From the IMG/VR virus record IMGVR_UViG_3300044835_000075, positions 32,001 to 96,000 of that record: 64,000 nt of DNA. One strand, 5' to 3'. The notes beneath the pieces are model-generated. The model ran no database searches and was not told the DNA's origin. It saw only the letters and a program-made list of their open reading frames with translations. A program made the translations under genes and the position numbers. This DNA is from a virus. How positions within the stretch are numbered: position 1 is the first letter of the stretch; every line of letters begins with the position of its first letter. This document shows, in pieces, positions 18,363 to 28,200 of the stretch.

Positions 18363-19106
18363 CTACGCCCTAGGGACGGGGCAGGTCACATCCCCGTTTT
18401 GTTTAAGCAGGTAGGTAAACTGCTTAACCGTCATCCGGAACCGGCCCTTGTCGCCCCAGGTGTCCGACCACGAGTTGTCGAACGTGAGCACCCCGGCCGA
18501 CAGGGTCTTGCCGGGCTCGTACTCGCGACACATGATCTCGTGGCCACCCTCGACCTTGCCGGACAGGGAGACGAATCCCTTCGAGTCGGGCTGGTCCATG
18601 CCGGAGAGCCACACCGTGCCGAAGATGAACGGGGCGCGTTCGAGCGCGGCCAGCGCGGCCGAGACGCTGAACGCGTGCTCGTAGCGGTCAATGATGCCTC
18701 GGTTTTTCAGGACCGTAGCGATGGCCAGACCGTTCGATCCGGTGTCCATCGGGGGATAACTTCCCGGCTGGTCGTCGGCCTTGGTGGCGTCGCTGTAGAG
18801 CTTGACGGCGTAGGCCTCATTGAGTGAGAGCCCGCGTACCGGGGTCGTATCGAAGAACGGTTCGCAGCCGAGCATCCCGGTGCCCGCGTTGCCGGTGCAG
18901 GATCCGAGGTTGCCCTGGTCGAGGATCGGGGTGCGGCGCTCGTGCAGGATGGCGACCGGCTTCGGCGCGGACGCGTGCATGACGGGGTAGGCGAGTGATC
19001 GGGGGTCGTGTCTGACGTAGCGGCCGAGGGCCATTCCTTCGGGGCGCGGACGGCCCGGGATCAATGCGACAATTGGGTCGTGACCTGGGATTTCTTCGAG
19101 GTTCAT
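18363..19106 (-). CDS. papain-like (C1) cysteine peptidase
   Basis: DQGNLGSCTG, GGHEI, NSW...WG..G catalytic motifs. Confidence 0.85.
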   Translation of the reverse strand: MNLEEIPGHDPIVALIPGRPRPEGMALGRYVRHDPRSLAYPVMHASAPKPVAILHERRTPILDQGNLGSCTGNAGTGMLGCEPFFDTTPVRGLSLNEAYAVKLYSDATKADDQPGSYPPMDTGSNGLAIATVLKNRGIIDRYEHAFSVSAALAALERAPFIFGTVWLSGMDQPDSKGFVSLSGKVEGGHEIMCREYEPGKTLSAGVLTFDNSWSDTWGDKGRFRMTVKQFTYLLKQNGDVTCPVPRA

Positions 19107-19158
19107 GGGTTCAGCGTCGCATCGGTTGCGGGCATCTGGTCGGCGGCGCGCCGGTGAG

Positions 19159-19187
19159 TTGACTAGCCGCCGTCATGGTGGTTTACT
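19159..19187 (+). promoter_or_regulatory. Repeated promoter, class I
   Basis: TTGACT-AGCC-N11-GGTT-TACT; GTTCCG at +42. Confidence 0.7.
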
Positions 19188-19230
19188 TACCATCCTACCC
19201 GTTCCGCATCCCGAGCCCGAAAGGTCCGCA

Positions 19231-19665
19231 ATGGACGCCTTCTTCAAGTTCATCACCGACAACCTCGGATGGATCATCGTCCTCCTGTTCGTGTTCGGCG
19301 GCGCCATCCTGGAGGTCTTCTCCGACTGGATCGGCGCACTCGTCAAAAGCCTGTCCGGGCGCGGGAAGAACCGGCAACTCAAGGCCTCGATCAAAGCCAA
19401 GGACGCCGAACTGGCGCGGGCGCACGACCTGCTCACCGCCATGGGGCCGGGGCGGGCGATCGTGATGCCGCCGCCGGATCCCCGCATCGAGACGGCCGCG
19501 CGGATGGCTCGTCTGCTCGACAAGGTGCAGGAGGCCGACACCGCGCTACCGCAGCTGAACAGCGAGTTGCGCGCGCAGATCGACGCCGAGCTTGAGCAGT
19601 TCCACGTCCAGCCTGACCCGCTGGTCATGCCCGACTGGTCCGCCCGGAAGCATCGGCGCCGGTAG
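19231..19665 (+). CDS. membrane-anchored protein
   Basis: AAAGG RBS; N-terminal TM then helical region. Confidence 0.65.
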   Translation: MDAFFKFITDNLGWIIVLLFVFGGAILEVFSDWIGALVKSLSGRGKNRQLKASIKAKDAELARAHDLLTAMGPGRAIVMPPPDPRIETAARMARLLDKVQEADTALPQLNSELRAQIDAELEQFHVQPDPLVMPDWSARKHRRR

Positions 19666-19694
19666 TTGACAAGCCGGGCTCACGGTGGTTTACT
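19666..19694 (+). promoter_or_regulatory. Repeated promoter, class I (leaderless)
   Basis: TTGACA-AGCC-N11-GGTT-TACT directly after TAG; ATG at +35. Confidence 0.75.
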
Positions 19695-19700
19695 TACCTC

Positions 19701-20195
19701 ATGACCGAGACGCGCACCGCCCCCGCCACCGCCCCTCGATTCCGCTACATCGGAACGACAGACGAGTGCGTGGATTGCGAGCGCCCCGGCTGCCCGAAGG
19801 TCAACCTCAAGGCCACCATCGTGCTGATGATGCTCGACGCGGAAGGCAACGACGACGACGTCACCTACTACGGCTCGACCTGCGCGGCCAAAGTGCTCGG
19901 CATGACCGGCCGGGGGCAGGGCGCGAAGGTGCTCGACAAGGCCCGCTTCGCCCACCAGAAGACCATTGAGGCCGCGAAAGACGCGCGCCGGATGCTCGGC
20001 CACTACGGCCTTCCGGAGACCGGTCAGCCGGACGTCGAGGCCATGATGACCGCCGTCGACCGCTTCCAGGACGCGCACCGAGTGGCCATCTGGTTCAACG
20101 AGAAGACGCGCGGCGACTGGTTCGACATGGTCCGCGACATGCTCGCGCGGCGACAGGCGCAGATCGCGGACGCGAAGCTGATCGGCTTCGCCTGA
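19701..20195 (+). CDS. Zn-binding hypothetical protein
   Basis: C..C...C.K.NLK...YGSTCA; leaderless. Confidence 0.7.
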   Translation: MTETRTAPATAPRFRYIGTTDECVDCERPGCPKVNLKATIVLMMLDAEGNDDDVTYYGSTCAAKVLGMTGRGQGAKVLDKARFAHQKTIEAAKDARRMLGHYGLPETGQPDVEAMMTAVDRFQDAHRVAIWFNEKTRGDWFDMVRDMLARRQAQIADAKLIGFA

Positions 20196-20252
20196 TCCAC
20201 CCGGCCGGGGGCATCCGCCTCCGGCCTCGCTTCCCCAAACCCGGAGGGCATC

Positions 20253-20528
20253 ATGCACACCGCTTATATCAACGTCTCCCGGCACTACAGTCTGCGCGGC
20301 GACATCCGCACCAACCGGGAAATCCAGGTCGAGTCCGGTCCCGACGAGGGCCGCACCCAGACCGATGACGCCGCAACGTCGATCCAGGTTTTCAGCTGCA
20401 CCACCGGTGCCCCGATCGGCGGGCAGAGTGTGCTCGACCTTGCGCAGCTGACCGAGTTGCGCGACGCGCTGAGTGCGCGAATCGCCGAGTTGGCTCCAGC
20501 TGCCGAACCCGCCCGCGACGCCGACTGA
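20253..20528 (+). CDS. hypothetical protein
   Basis: GGAGG RBS. Confidence 0.6.
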   Translation: MHTAYINVSRHYSLRGDIRTNREIQVESGPDEGRTQTDDAATSIQVFSCTTGAPIGGQSVLDLAQLTELRDALSARIAELAPAAEPARDAD

Positions 20529-20749
20529 TGGGCGCGCTCAACCGCCGCCACCGAACAGCCGACATCGACAAGATCACGTTGAGCGCGGAGACGCTACTGG
20601 TGCTGCCCGCCGTCGCCGACTTCCTCGACGAGACAGGCAAGGGGATGCGGCTCAAGGCTGAACGGGAAGGCCTCTCGCTGGCCGCCGACATCCTGCGCGC
20701 CGAGTTGCTCGGCCCCGCGCTCGGCCTGTCTGCCCCGGGCGCCGACTGA
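20528..20749 (+). CDS. hypothetical protein
   Basis: TGATG overlaps both ends. Confidence 0.55.
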   Translation: MGALNRRHRTADIDKITLSAETLLVLPAVADFLDETGKGMRLKAEREGLSLAADILRAELLGPALGLSAPGAD

Positions 20750-21153
20750 TGGCCGTGACGTTCGCCGCGTTCATGCTCGCGATGCTCACCGCCCACCAGC
20801 TCGGCGACCACTGGGTGCAGACCGACCACCAGGCCAACGGGAAGGGCGCCCGGGACTTCACCGGCGCCGTCCTGTGCGCGCGTCACGTCGGCACCTACAC
20901 GGCCACGACGGCCGTGTTCGGGGCGCTGGCGTGGTGGGTGCTCGACCTCGACATCACCGTCGTCGGATTCGTCGCCGGGCAGGCCGTGTCGGCGCTCACG
21001 CACTACTGGGCTGACCGGCGCTTCACGCTCAAGTGGCTTGCCCGCAAGACTCGGCACGGCGCGTACTACGACCGGGGCGGCGCATACCAGCTCGACCAGG
21101 CCTACCACTGGTCGTGGCTGTTCGTCGCGGCCCTGCTGACCGCTGCCCTGTGA
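20749..21153 (+). CDS. DUF3307-family membrane protein
   Basis: H..GD..VQTD, H...D.R, DQ..H motifs with TM helices. Confidence 0.8.
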   Translation: MAVTFAAFMLAMLTAHQLGDHWVQTDHQANGKGARDFTGAVLCARHVGTYTATTAVFGALAWWVLDLDITVVGFVAGQAVSALTHYWADRRFTLKWLARKTRHGAYYDRGGAYQLDQAYHWSWLFVAALLTAAL

Positions 21154-21156
21154 ATG

Positions 21157-21200
21157 CGGCAAACCCCCCTCGACCGAGACCAGGTGAGGGGGGTTTGTCG
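21157..21200. terminator. bidirectional terminator
   Basis: CGGCAAACCCCCCT...AGGGGGGTTTGTCG. Confidence 0.6.
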
Positions 21201-21207
21201 TCGGGTG

Positions 21208-21471
21208 TTACGCGTCGGGGGAGTCCGGCGCGTCGGGGGTGGGGTTCGCCGCAGGCGCGAGGCCGGAGAGCTTCGCGGTCTCCGCGCGGATCGCGTCGGC
21301 GGTCTCGCTGTCGATATTCTCGTCGGCTGCGACGATGGCGTCGATGCGCTGCCCGAGGGCGACGATGGCGGTGTCCTGCTCGGCAATGGCGTCCTGGGCT
21401 TCGGACATGTGGCGCTCCAGTCTGTCGATACGGTGGAAGATCCTGATTTTGCTGAGCAATCGCTCGAACAC
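21208..21471 (-). CDS. small coiled-coil protein
   Basis: Leaderless GTG 6 nt after TATCGT; alternative start at MSEAQD. Confidence 0.55.
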   Translation of the reverse strand: MFERLLSKIRIFHRIDRLERHMSEAQDAIAEQDTAIVALGQRIDAIVAADENIDSETADAIRAETAKLSGLAPAANPTPDAPDSPDA

Positions 21472-21522
21472 GGTGCCACGATACTCCGCCCTGGCCTGCG
21501 GGAAAGCCTTCGACGCGCCGAG

Positions 21523-21551
21523 TTGACAAGCCGCTGCCAGCATGGTTGAAT
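21523..21551 (+). promoter_or_regulatory. Repeated promoter, class I
   Basis: TTGACA-AGCC-N11-GGTT-GAAT; GTTCCG at +35. Confidence 0.75.
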
Positions 21552-21586
21552 AATGATGTTCCGCAGACAACCCGAGGAGAACCGCC

Positions 21587-21844
21587 GTGGCCACCGAAAC
21601 CGCCCAGTACCTGACCATCGACGCCACCACCACCGTCAACGACGTCGGCCCCGAGACCATGGACGCCCTCGAAAAGGCCACCCTCGACATCGTCGACGGC
21701 TGGTACGAGGGCGTACAGATCGACTGGGAAGACGTCTGGGACCGCCTCGACAACGCCGACCTCCCCGACGACCGCAAACTCGACCTGATCGTCATCCACG
21801 GCCCCGTCGTCAACGCCCTCAAGCGCCGAATCTACGGCCGCTGA
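21587..21844 (+). CDS. acidic hypothetical protein
   Basis: GAGGAG RBS. Confidence 0.7.
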   Translation: MATETAQYLTIDATTTVNDVGPETMDALEKATLDIVDGWYEGVQIDWEDVWDRLDNADLPDDRKLDLIVIHGPVVNALKRRIYGR

Positions 21845-21876
21845 ACAGCACCCGACCTCGACCGAAAGAGACCGTC

Positions 21877-22125
21877 GTGACCACCTGCTTGTGGCACCGC
21901 GCCGTGCCCGCCGTCGTCATCTGGGAGACCCAGGCCTGCCAGCGGGTGCCGCTCTGCGGCGACTGCCTCACCGAATGGCGCAAGCGGTCCGCGACCACGC
22001 CGGAGACCGCGAAGATCTTCGGCTACCGCAAGCTCACCCATCTCAACCAGGACAACGAGGTGTCCGGCCAGATCGGCCGCCCCGTCCCGCTCACCTCCGC
22101 GCGCAAGCGCCGACCCCGAAAGTGA
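21877..22125 (+). CDS. hypothetical protein
   Basis: GTG start; C..H...LC..C. Confidence 0.5.
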   Translation: MTTCLWHRAVPAVVIWETQACQRVPLCGDCLTEWRKRSATTPETAKIFGYRKLTHLNQDNEVSGQIGRPVPLTSARKRRPRK

Positions 22126-22379
22126 ACCCCGCCATGCTCCGCGCCGTCATCATGTTCACCACCGCAGCCGCCGCCGTCCTCGCGCTCACGGCCTGCCAGC
22201 CGAACGCCCGCGACAACTCCGACTCTGTGATCGGCCAGGTCAATGGCGGCCCCGGGCTCAAAGGCGACGCCTACGTCGAATGCGTCAACCCGGTGAACGT
22301 CTTCCACGTCTCCGTGGACCCGTCCCGCATCCACCTCATGCACGAGGGCGGCGTCTGCCCGGACGGACGGCACTGGTGA
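22122..22379 (+). CDS. lipoprotein
   Basis: LTAC lipobox; GTGA overlap. Confidence 0.6.
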   Translation: MNPAMLRAVIMFTTAAAAVLALTACQPNARDNSDSVIGQVNGGPGLKGDAYVECVNPVNVFHVSVDPSRIHLMHEGGVCPDGRHW

Positions 22380-22546
22380 GCCTGCCCATCACGCTCACCC
22401 AAGAGCAGATGGACATCGTGAACGACGTCGTGATCCTCGACCCGGACCCGCCGTGGCGCGACAAGGTGCTCTCGATCCCCGGCCGCCACATCGTGCGCGT
22501 CGACACCGTCGAGGAGTCGACGCCCTACCTCGAAGGCCTGCTCTAG
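22376..22546 (+). CDS. small hypothetical protein
   Basis: GTGA overlap; converges on tail gene. Confidence 0.5.
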   Translation: MSLPITLTQEQMDIVNDVVILDPDPPWRDKVLSIPGRHIVRVDTVEESTPYLEGLL

Positions 22547-24270
22547 GGAGCGAGGGAGAACCAGGCCAGACGGCCGGACGCGACGAACGACGCGGACACG
22601 TCGAGCGTTGTCGCGGGCAGTGCCGTCTGGCCTGACCGGCCGCCGGTGATCGTCTGCGCCGCCGTCGGGTTGAGCAGGTCCGGAGTCGGCGGCCCGGCCA
22701 GCGTGGAGACCGCCGGGTCCGTGCCCGCGTTGGTGTGGATGAACCCGAGGTAGACAAACTCGCCCTTGACGACCGTGAGCGCCGAGATCACCAGCTCTTT
22801 GAGCCCCACCGCGCCGAACGACGAGGTGACGACGGTGTCGGCGATGACCTTGGTCAGCGCCGCCCGGTTCGTGCCCTTCCACAGGGCCATGGTCACGATT
22901 CCCGGCGAGCCGACCGCACCCCGGCAGTGGAAGCGCAGCTTGGTCGCGGTGAACGTCGACCGGAGCGCGAGCCCGCCGTAGATCGTCGACCAGCCGTTGC
23001 TCAGTGAGTCCTGGCTGGTCGCCGCGTAGCGCGGCATGGACTCGAAGAAGTCACCGAGGATCGCCGAGTCCGTCGAGGCGATGGCCTCGTCGTCGAGGTT
23101 GGTCTGAAGGTTCGTGACATCGGCGATCGTGTGCACGTGGGCGAGGGGCGTCCGCGCGTCGGACAGGCGCGAGTCATTGCCGATCGCCACCGTGCTCGAC
23201 GTCGCGCCGGTCGGGATCTGCGCGATCGGGATCTTGGTCGAGCCGTCCAGCGTCGCCACCCCGGACGCGGCGGCACGCTGGGTGAGCGGGATCTGCAACG
23301 CGATGGCCGTGGCCTGCGCGGTGCTGACCGGCTTCGCGGTGTCGGCGGTGTTGTCGACGCTGCCCAGGCCGACGTTCGACTTGGCGAGCACGACCACGCC
23401 GGTCTGCCCGTTCACCGAGGTGACCGCGTCCGGCGGGGTGGGCAGGAGTTTCCAGTTCGCCAGCGTCGAGGCGGGTGCGGCGGCAAGGATGTAGGTGACC
23501 GACGTGTCAGTCCGCACCGCGACATCGCCGCGCTCCGCAGTCAGCGCCAGCATGGCCGTCTGGCTGGCCACCGTGAACACGTCCGTGATCGACAGCGACG
23601 GCAGGGCCGAGGTCGCGATCAGGCCCGACGCGTCGAGTCCCGCCACCCCGTTGACCGCGTTGATCCGCGCGTTCGAAACGTATGAGCCGTCGATCGGATC
23701 CGCACCGCCCGGCGCGTGCCTGCTGGCGTGCGCGGGCGGGTGGTTCTCCAACGTCACCGTGCGCGCTGTGAGCGCGTCGAGGGCGACCTGGGTGGCGTAC
23801 CCGGCGCCGATCTCCGTGAGGTCGTCGGCGGTGAGCGCCACGTTGCCGTCCAGACCCGGGAACACCCCGGCCACCGAGCGGACCCGGAACTGCGACTCGC
23901 CGACGGTGTCGACGCGGGTCAACGCGCGCAGCGTGACCGCCGGTACGGCCGCGTCCAGCACGACACTCCAGGTATCGCGCACCCACGCGTCGACACCGAG
24001 CGCGCCGGAGGATCCGGGCGGACCGAGGATGAGGGTGACCTCGTAGGTCCAGCCCTGCGGGGTGACGCCGGTGGAGTTGGGCGCGATCAGGACGACAGTC
24101 AGGTTGCCGCCGCTGATGCGCGCCACGACCGGGTTCCTCGTGATCGTTCCGTCCGGCGTCTTCGACGTCACCGACGGCCGGAACTCGGCGCGCCCGTCGA
24201 GGGGTGCACCGCCGCTGTCGGTGAAGTAGTCGGTGATGGTGACGGTCTGCGGAACGAACGGCGAGGGCAC
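22543..24270 (-). CDS. tail fibre / minor virion protein
   Basis: VTSVNGQTG, VGLGSVDNTAD.AKPVS, NGVAGLD repeats typical of actinophage fibres. Confidence 0.7.
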   Translation of the reverse strand: MPSPFVPQTVTITDYFTDSGGAPLDGRAEFRPSVTSKTPDGTITRNPVVARISGGNLTVVLIAPNSTGVTPQGWTYEVTLILGPPGSSGALGVDAWVRDTWSVVLDAAVPAVTLRALTRVDTVGESQFRVRSVAGVFPGLDGNVALTADDLTEIGAGYATQVALDALTARTVTLENHPPAHASRHAPGGADPIDGSYVSNARINAVNGVAGLDASGLIATSALPSLSITDVFTVASQTAMLALTAERGDVAVRTDTSVTYILAAAPASTLANWKLLPTPPDAVTSVNGQTGVVVLAKSNVGLGSVDNTADTAKPVSTAQATAIALQIPLTQRAAASGVATLDGSTKIPIAQIPTGATSSTVAIGNDSRLSDARTPLAHVHTIADVTNLQTNLDDEAIASTDSAILGDFFESMPRYAATSQDSLSNGWSTIYGGLALRSTFTATKLRFHCRGAVGSPGIVTMALWKGTNRAALTKVIADTVVTSSFGAVGLKELVISALTVVKGEFVYLGFIHTNAGTDPAVSTLAGPPTPDLLNPTAAQTITGGRSGQTALPATTLDVSASFVASGRLAWFSLAP

Positions 24271-24282
24271 GGGGTCTCCTGC

Positions 24283-24492
24283 TTACGGCTCGGGGTCGGG
24301 TTCCGGCGTGACGATGTTCAACTCGACACCGTACGGAACGGTGCGGGTGGTGACGCCCTGGTCGAGTGCCCACCTCACCATGAGGTCGACATGAGTGGGG
24401 CCGAACTGGGTTTCGGTGACGGTGTAGACGAGGTTGTCGTCGGCGTCGAGCAGCTGGTCGCCGACCAGGAAGTCCTCAGTGAGTTTCGACAT
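24283..24492 (-). CDS. small hypothetical protein
   Basis: In tail cluster; protein-like composition. Confidence 0.55.
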   Translation of the reverse strand: MSKLTEDFLVGDQLLDADDNLVYTVTETQFGPTHVDLMVRWALDQGVTTRTVPYGVELNIVTPEPDPEP

Positions 24493-24541
24493 GGGCTCAT
24501 CATCAAGTACGCCAGGTCAGCGGCCGCATTCGGCGCGCCGG

Positions 24542-25234
24542 TCACGCGGCGAAGAAGAACGACGACGGTCGGAACGTCGGTCCGTTCGGCGGCTCGGCTT
24601 CCGTCGCCGGAGTGGTGGCGTTGGCGACCAGGTGGTGCACGTTGCCGGAGTGGTCGGTGAGGTCTGTCGCGACCGTGAGTGGCCAGTTCGCGAACAAGGC
24701 CGCTGTGACAACCGGCGTCGTCGACGCCCATTCGGCCTCGATCTGCGCTTGCGTGAGCACACTGGACCAGATACGGGCCTGCGACAGCCGCATGTCGCAG
24801 TACTCGGTCGCGTCCGTCGGCGAACGGGCGCCGAAAGTGCAGCCGGTCGGCGTCCCGCCGGGGGTGATCGTCGCCGTGTAGAGGACGGTCGTGCCGGTGG
24901 CGCCGATCATGTACAGCTTGCCGGACGTGCCGGTCAGCGTGTAGCCGACGCGGTACCAGTTGCCTGCCGTCATCGTCGGACCCGTCGCGGTACCCGAGGC
25001 CGAGTAGAGGCCCATCGCGGTGCCGGAGGCCAGCGCGCCTAGGGTCAGCGTGGTGTTCGCGCCCGCCCCGTTGTGAATGCGGAGCAGGTCGGACCAGCCG
25101 TTGGGGCTGGCCTGCGCGCCGGTGACGAAGTAGACCCACGCGGTGAAGGTGATGCCCGATCCGGGCGGCGGGATGGCGGCCGTACACGTGAGCCGGTTCG
25201 CGCCGCTGGTTGCCTTGTCGAATCGGACGCTCAT
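24542..25234 (-). CDS. LamG/concanavalin A-like domain virion protein
   Basis: T...WV, GNWYRV, ARIWSSVLTQAQI, DHSGNVHHL patterns. Confidence 0.7.
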   Translation of the reverse strand: MSVRFDKATSGANRLTCTAAIPPPGSGITFTAWVYFVTGAQASPNGWSDLLRIHNGAGANTTLTLGALASGTAMGLYSASGTATGPTMTAGNWYRVGYTLTGTSGKLYMIGATGTTVLYTATITPGGTPTGCTFGARSPTDATEYCDMRLSQARIWSSVLTQAQIEAEWASTTPVVTAALFANWPLTVATDLTDHSGNVHHLVANATTPATEAEPPNGPTFRPSSFFFAA

Positions 25235-25235
25235 G

Positions 25236-28200
25236 TCACACGCTCGGCTCGAAGGCGATGACGCACCACCGCGCGCCGCCGGTGTAGCTGGCGTCGTAGA
25301 TGGCGGTCATATAGCAGACCTTGCTGGCCGTAGTGACCGGCGTGGTGTTCGCGATCTGCGAGCCGAGCACGAAGCCGCCGGTGCCTGTGGCCAGGGTGAA
25401 CGACCGGCCGCCGGTGGCGTCCTGGCGGAAGCGCCATGTTCTGCGCATACCGTCGCGGGCGTTCGTCGGGGCGCCGAGTATCCGGGTGTTGCCGATCGCC
25501 GAGGTCGCGTCGAGCGCGAAGACATCGGCCGCGCTGGCGTCGGTGGCGACGGTCGCCGCGTCGACCAGCGCGCCCGGTGTCGGGGCGGTCAGCGGTCGAG
25601 CGGCTCCGGCGGTGCCGAGCCAGAGCAGATCGCCGCCGCTGGCGTAGAGCACGCCGCCGCCGGTCGGGTTGCCGGTGGGCGGTGTGGTGGCGTTGGCCAG
25701 CGCGACGACACCGACGCCGCCGGACAACTGCGAAGTCTTGAGCCGGAGGTCGCCCTGCACGTGGGCGGTGCTGTCGAGGACGATCGTCTGCCCGGCCGAC
25801 GTGGTTCCGGCGGCGGGCCCGAGGTTGTGGGACCAGACGCCGCCGGTGATGGCCGAGGCGGATTGGAACAGCGCCCCGGTGAGGTTGCCGTTCAGGTTGT
25901 TGTCGAGCACGGTGCCGGTGGCGATGGTGCCCGGCGAGGTGACGTAAATGCCGTAGGTCTGCGTCTTGGTGGTCTGGTTGTCCCACAGGCGGTTGCCGAC
26001 GATGGTCGGGGAGTTGCATGGGCTGGCTATGGACAGGCCTGCGCGAAGGTCGGTGGTCTGCGCGGTCGCGGTGCCGTTGTTGCGGATGCGGTTGCTGATG
26101 ATCGAGCTGTCGGTGAAGGTCGATCCGATGTGGATTCCGGCTTGGCCGTTGGCGAAGATCTCGTTGTCGGCGAGGGTGATCTCCTGCGCGACGGCGGCGG
26201 AGGTGATGGGGTTGGCGAAGTTGATGCCGTGGCGGACGTTGTCGTGGATCTGGTTGCCCTGGACCACGTAGCGGCTGATGCCGTCGCCGATGGTGAGACC
26301 GTCGGTTCCGTTGCCGTTGATGACGCATCCGTTGATGACGCCGCCCTTGCCGACGGTGGTGCCGACGCCGTTTTTGGAGACGTCGAATCCGGCGGCGGTG
26401 TTGTTGATCATCGTGCAGCCTTGCACGATAAGGCCGTCCGCGCCCCAGTCGGAGATGCCCCGCACATTGGCCTCGACGTGGCAGCCGATGATCCGGATGC
26501 CGCGCGGCGGAGTCCACGCTGCGTTCTGGAGTTCGACGAAGATGCCGGATGTCCCGTTGCTCTTCGCGATGCAGTCGATGACGGTGGTGCGCTCGATGTC
26601 ACCCCAGCCGCCGATGCCGATCCCGATTCCGGCGCCGCCTGCCTGGGTGCCGTTGTTCAGCCGTCCGTTGCTGTTGGCGACGACGCGCTCGATGATGCTG
26701 TCTTGCAGGAAGTCGCAGCCGAGTCCGGTCGCGCCGCATCCGTGGATGTAGAGGTTCGAGAACCTCGCACGGACCATGTATTGCAGCACGAACGCCTTGG
26801 CGCCGGTGGAGTAGCTGGCCAACGAGACGCCGGATCCGTCGACCTCGAAGTCGGCAAAAACGCAGTCGGTGAGAGGCGCGGAAGTGCTGGCGCCGTCGAA
26901 CGCGGCGGTGTAACTGGCGAAAGGTGTGGGATTGGCAGTGGCTACGGGGTTGCTCAGCAGGATCCGGCTTGTGCCCGGCCCGGCGCCGCGTACGCCGACG
27001 CCGGATTTCCAAACGATGCCGCCGTCCTTCACCGCGTAGTTACCAGCCGGTAGGTAGATCATGCGGGGACGGCCGTCTGCCGCGTACGCCGTGCCGAGCG
27101 TGTTGACCAGCGTCTGAAACGCAGCCTTGTTGTTCGTCGTCCCATCGCCCACGATGCCGTAATCGGTGGCGTTGTACTCCACGGCCGCGCTGCCCGCCGG
27201 GCCGGTCGCCCCCGTAGCGCCCGTCGCCCCGGTCGCACCGACGGCCCCGCCGAGCCCCATCGCCCCGACCCACGGGACAGCGCCGAGCACAGCCGCCCCC
27301 TCGCGGACCGGGTGAGTGTTGTCGGTCGAGACGAGATCGGCCAGCATAGTCGACGGCGCGGCCGGGTTGCGGATCGCGAGATCGAAGTCGAACACGGCTT
27401 CCAAGCCGTCTGGAACAGCGCGCATGAACGCGTTGAACGCGACCCGGTTCGTCTCCGGCGTGCCGGTCAGGGAGCGCGGCGGAATGGTGCACCCGAAGAT
27501 CCGCTTGATGCCCAGTCCGCGCAGGTTGGTGACCATGGTGGCGTAGTTCGCGATGATCGTCGACAGGCTCGTGCCGAGGTTCAGGTCGTTGCTGGCCATG
27601 CTGCCGATGATCGCGACGTCCGGCACGGTGGTGGCGAGGTCGAAACGGGCGAACGGACGGGCCGTGGTGGACGTCCAGTCGGTGGTGGCGGAGCCGTTGA
27701 GCCCGGCATTGATGACGTGGAAGCCCTGCCGTGTCGCCCACTTCGAGGGCCACGCGTCGAGTGGGTCGTTCAGGGCGCGCGGCGCGGCGGAGAGGTCGCC
27801 GGTGGGCGTGTATCCGGACTCGCCGGACGCCCCGATGACGAGCGCCACGAGGTCGTCGGTGTTGGCCTGGAATTCGTATTCGAGCCGGATGTCGAACATG
27901 AATCCGGAGTAGTTGTAGCCGCTGCCCGGGACGCCGACCCCGGCCTGTCCGGCCGAGGCGCCGCCGTACTGGATGCCGCCGTAGCAGTCGGACATGAGGA
28001 CGCCGGACCCACCGGCGCCGGGGGTGGCGCCGAGAGACAGGACGAACGGGGTGAGTTCCTTGATCTCTCCGGCGTTGGTGATCCAGCCGGTGGTGAGGTC
28101 GGGGGTGGCGCCGGAGGTGGGGAGCGCGCCGCCGCCGCTGTAGACCTGCACGGGGCTGGCCATGTTCCCGAGCCACTTGCCGTTGTGCGCGGTGTCGTCG

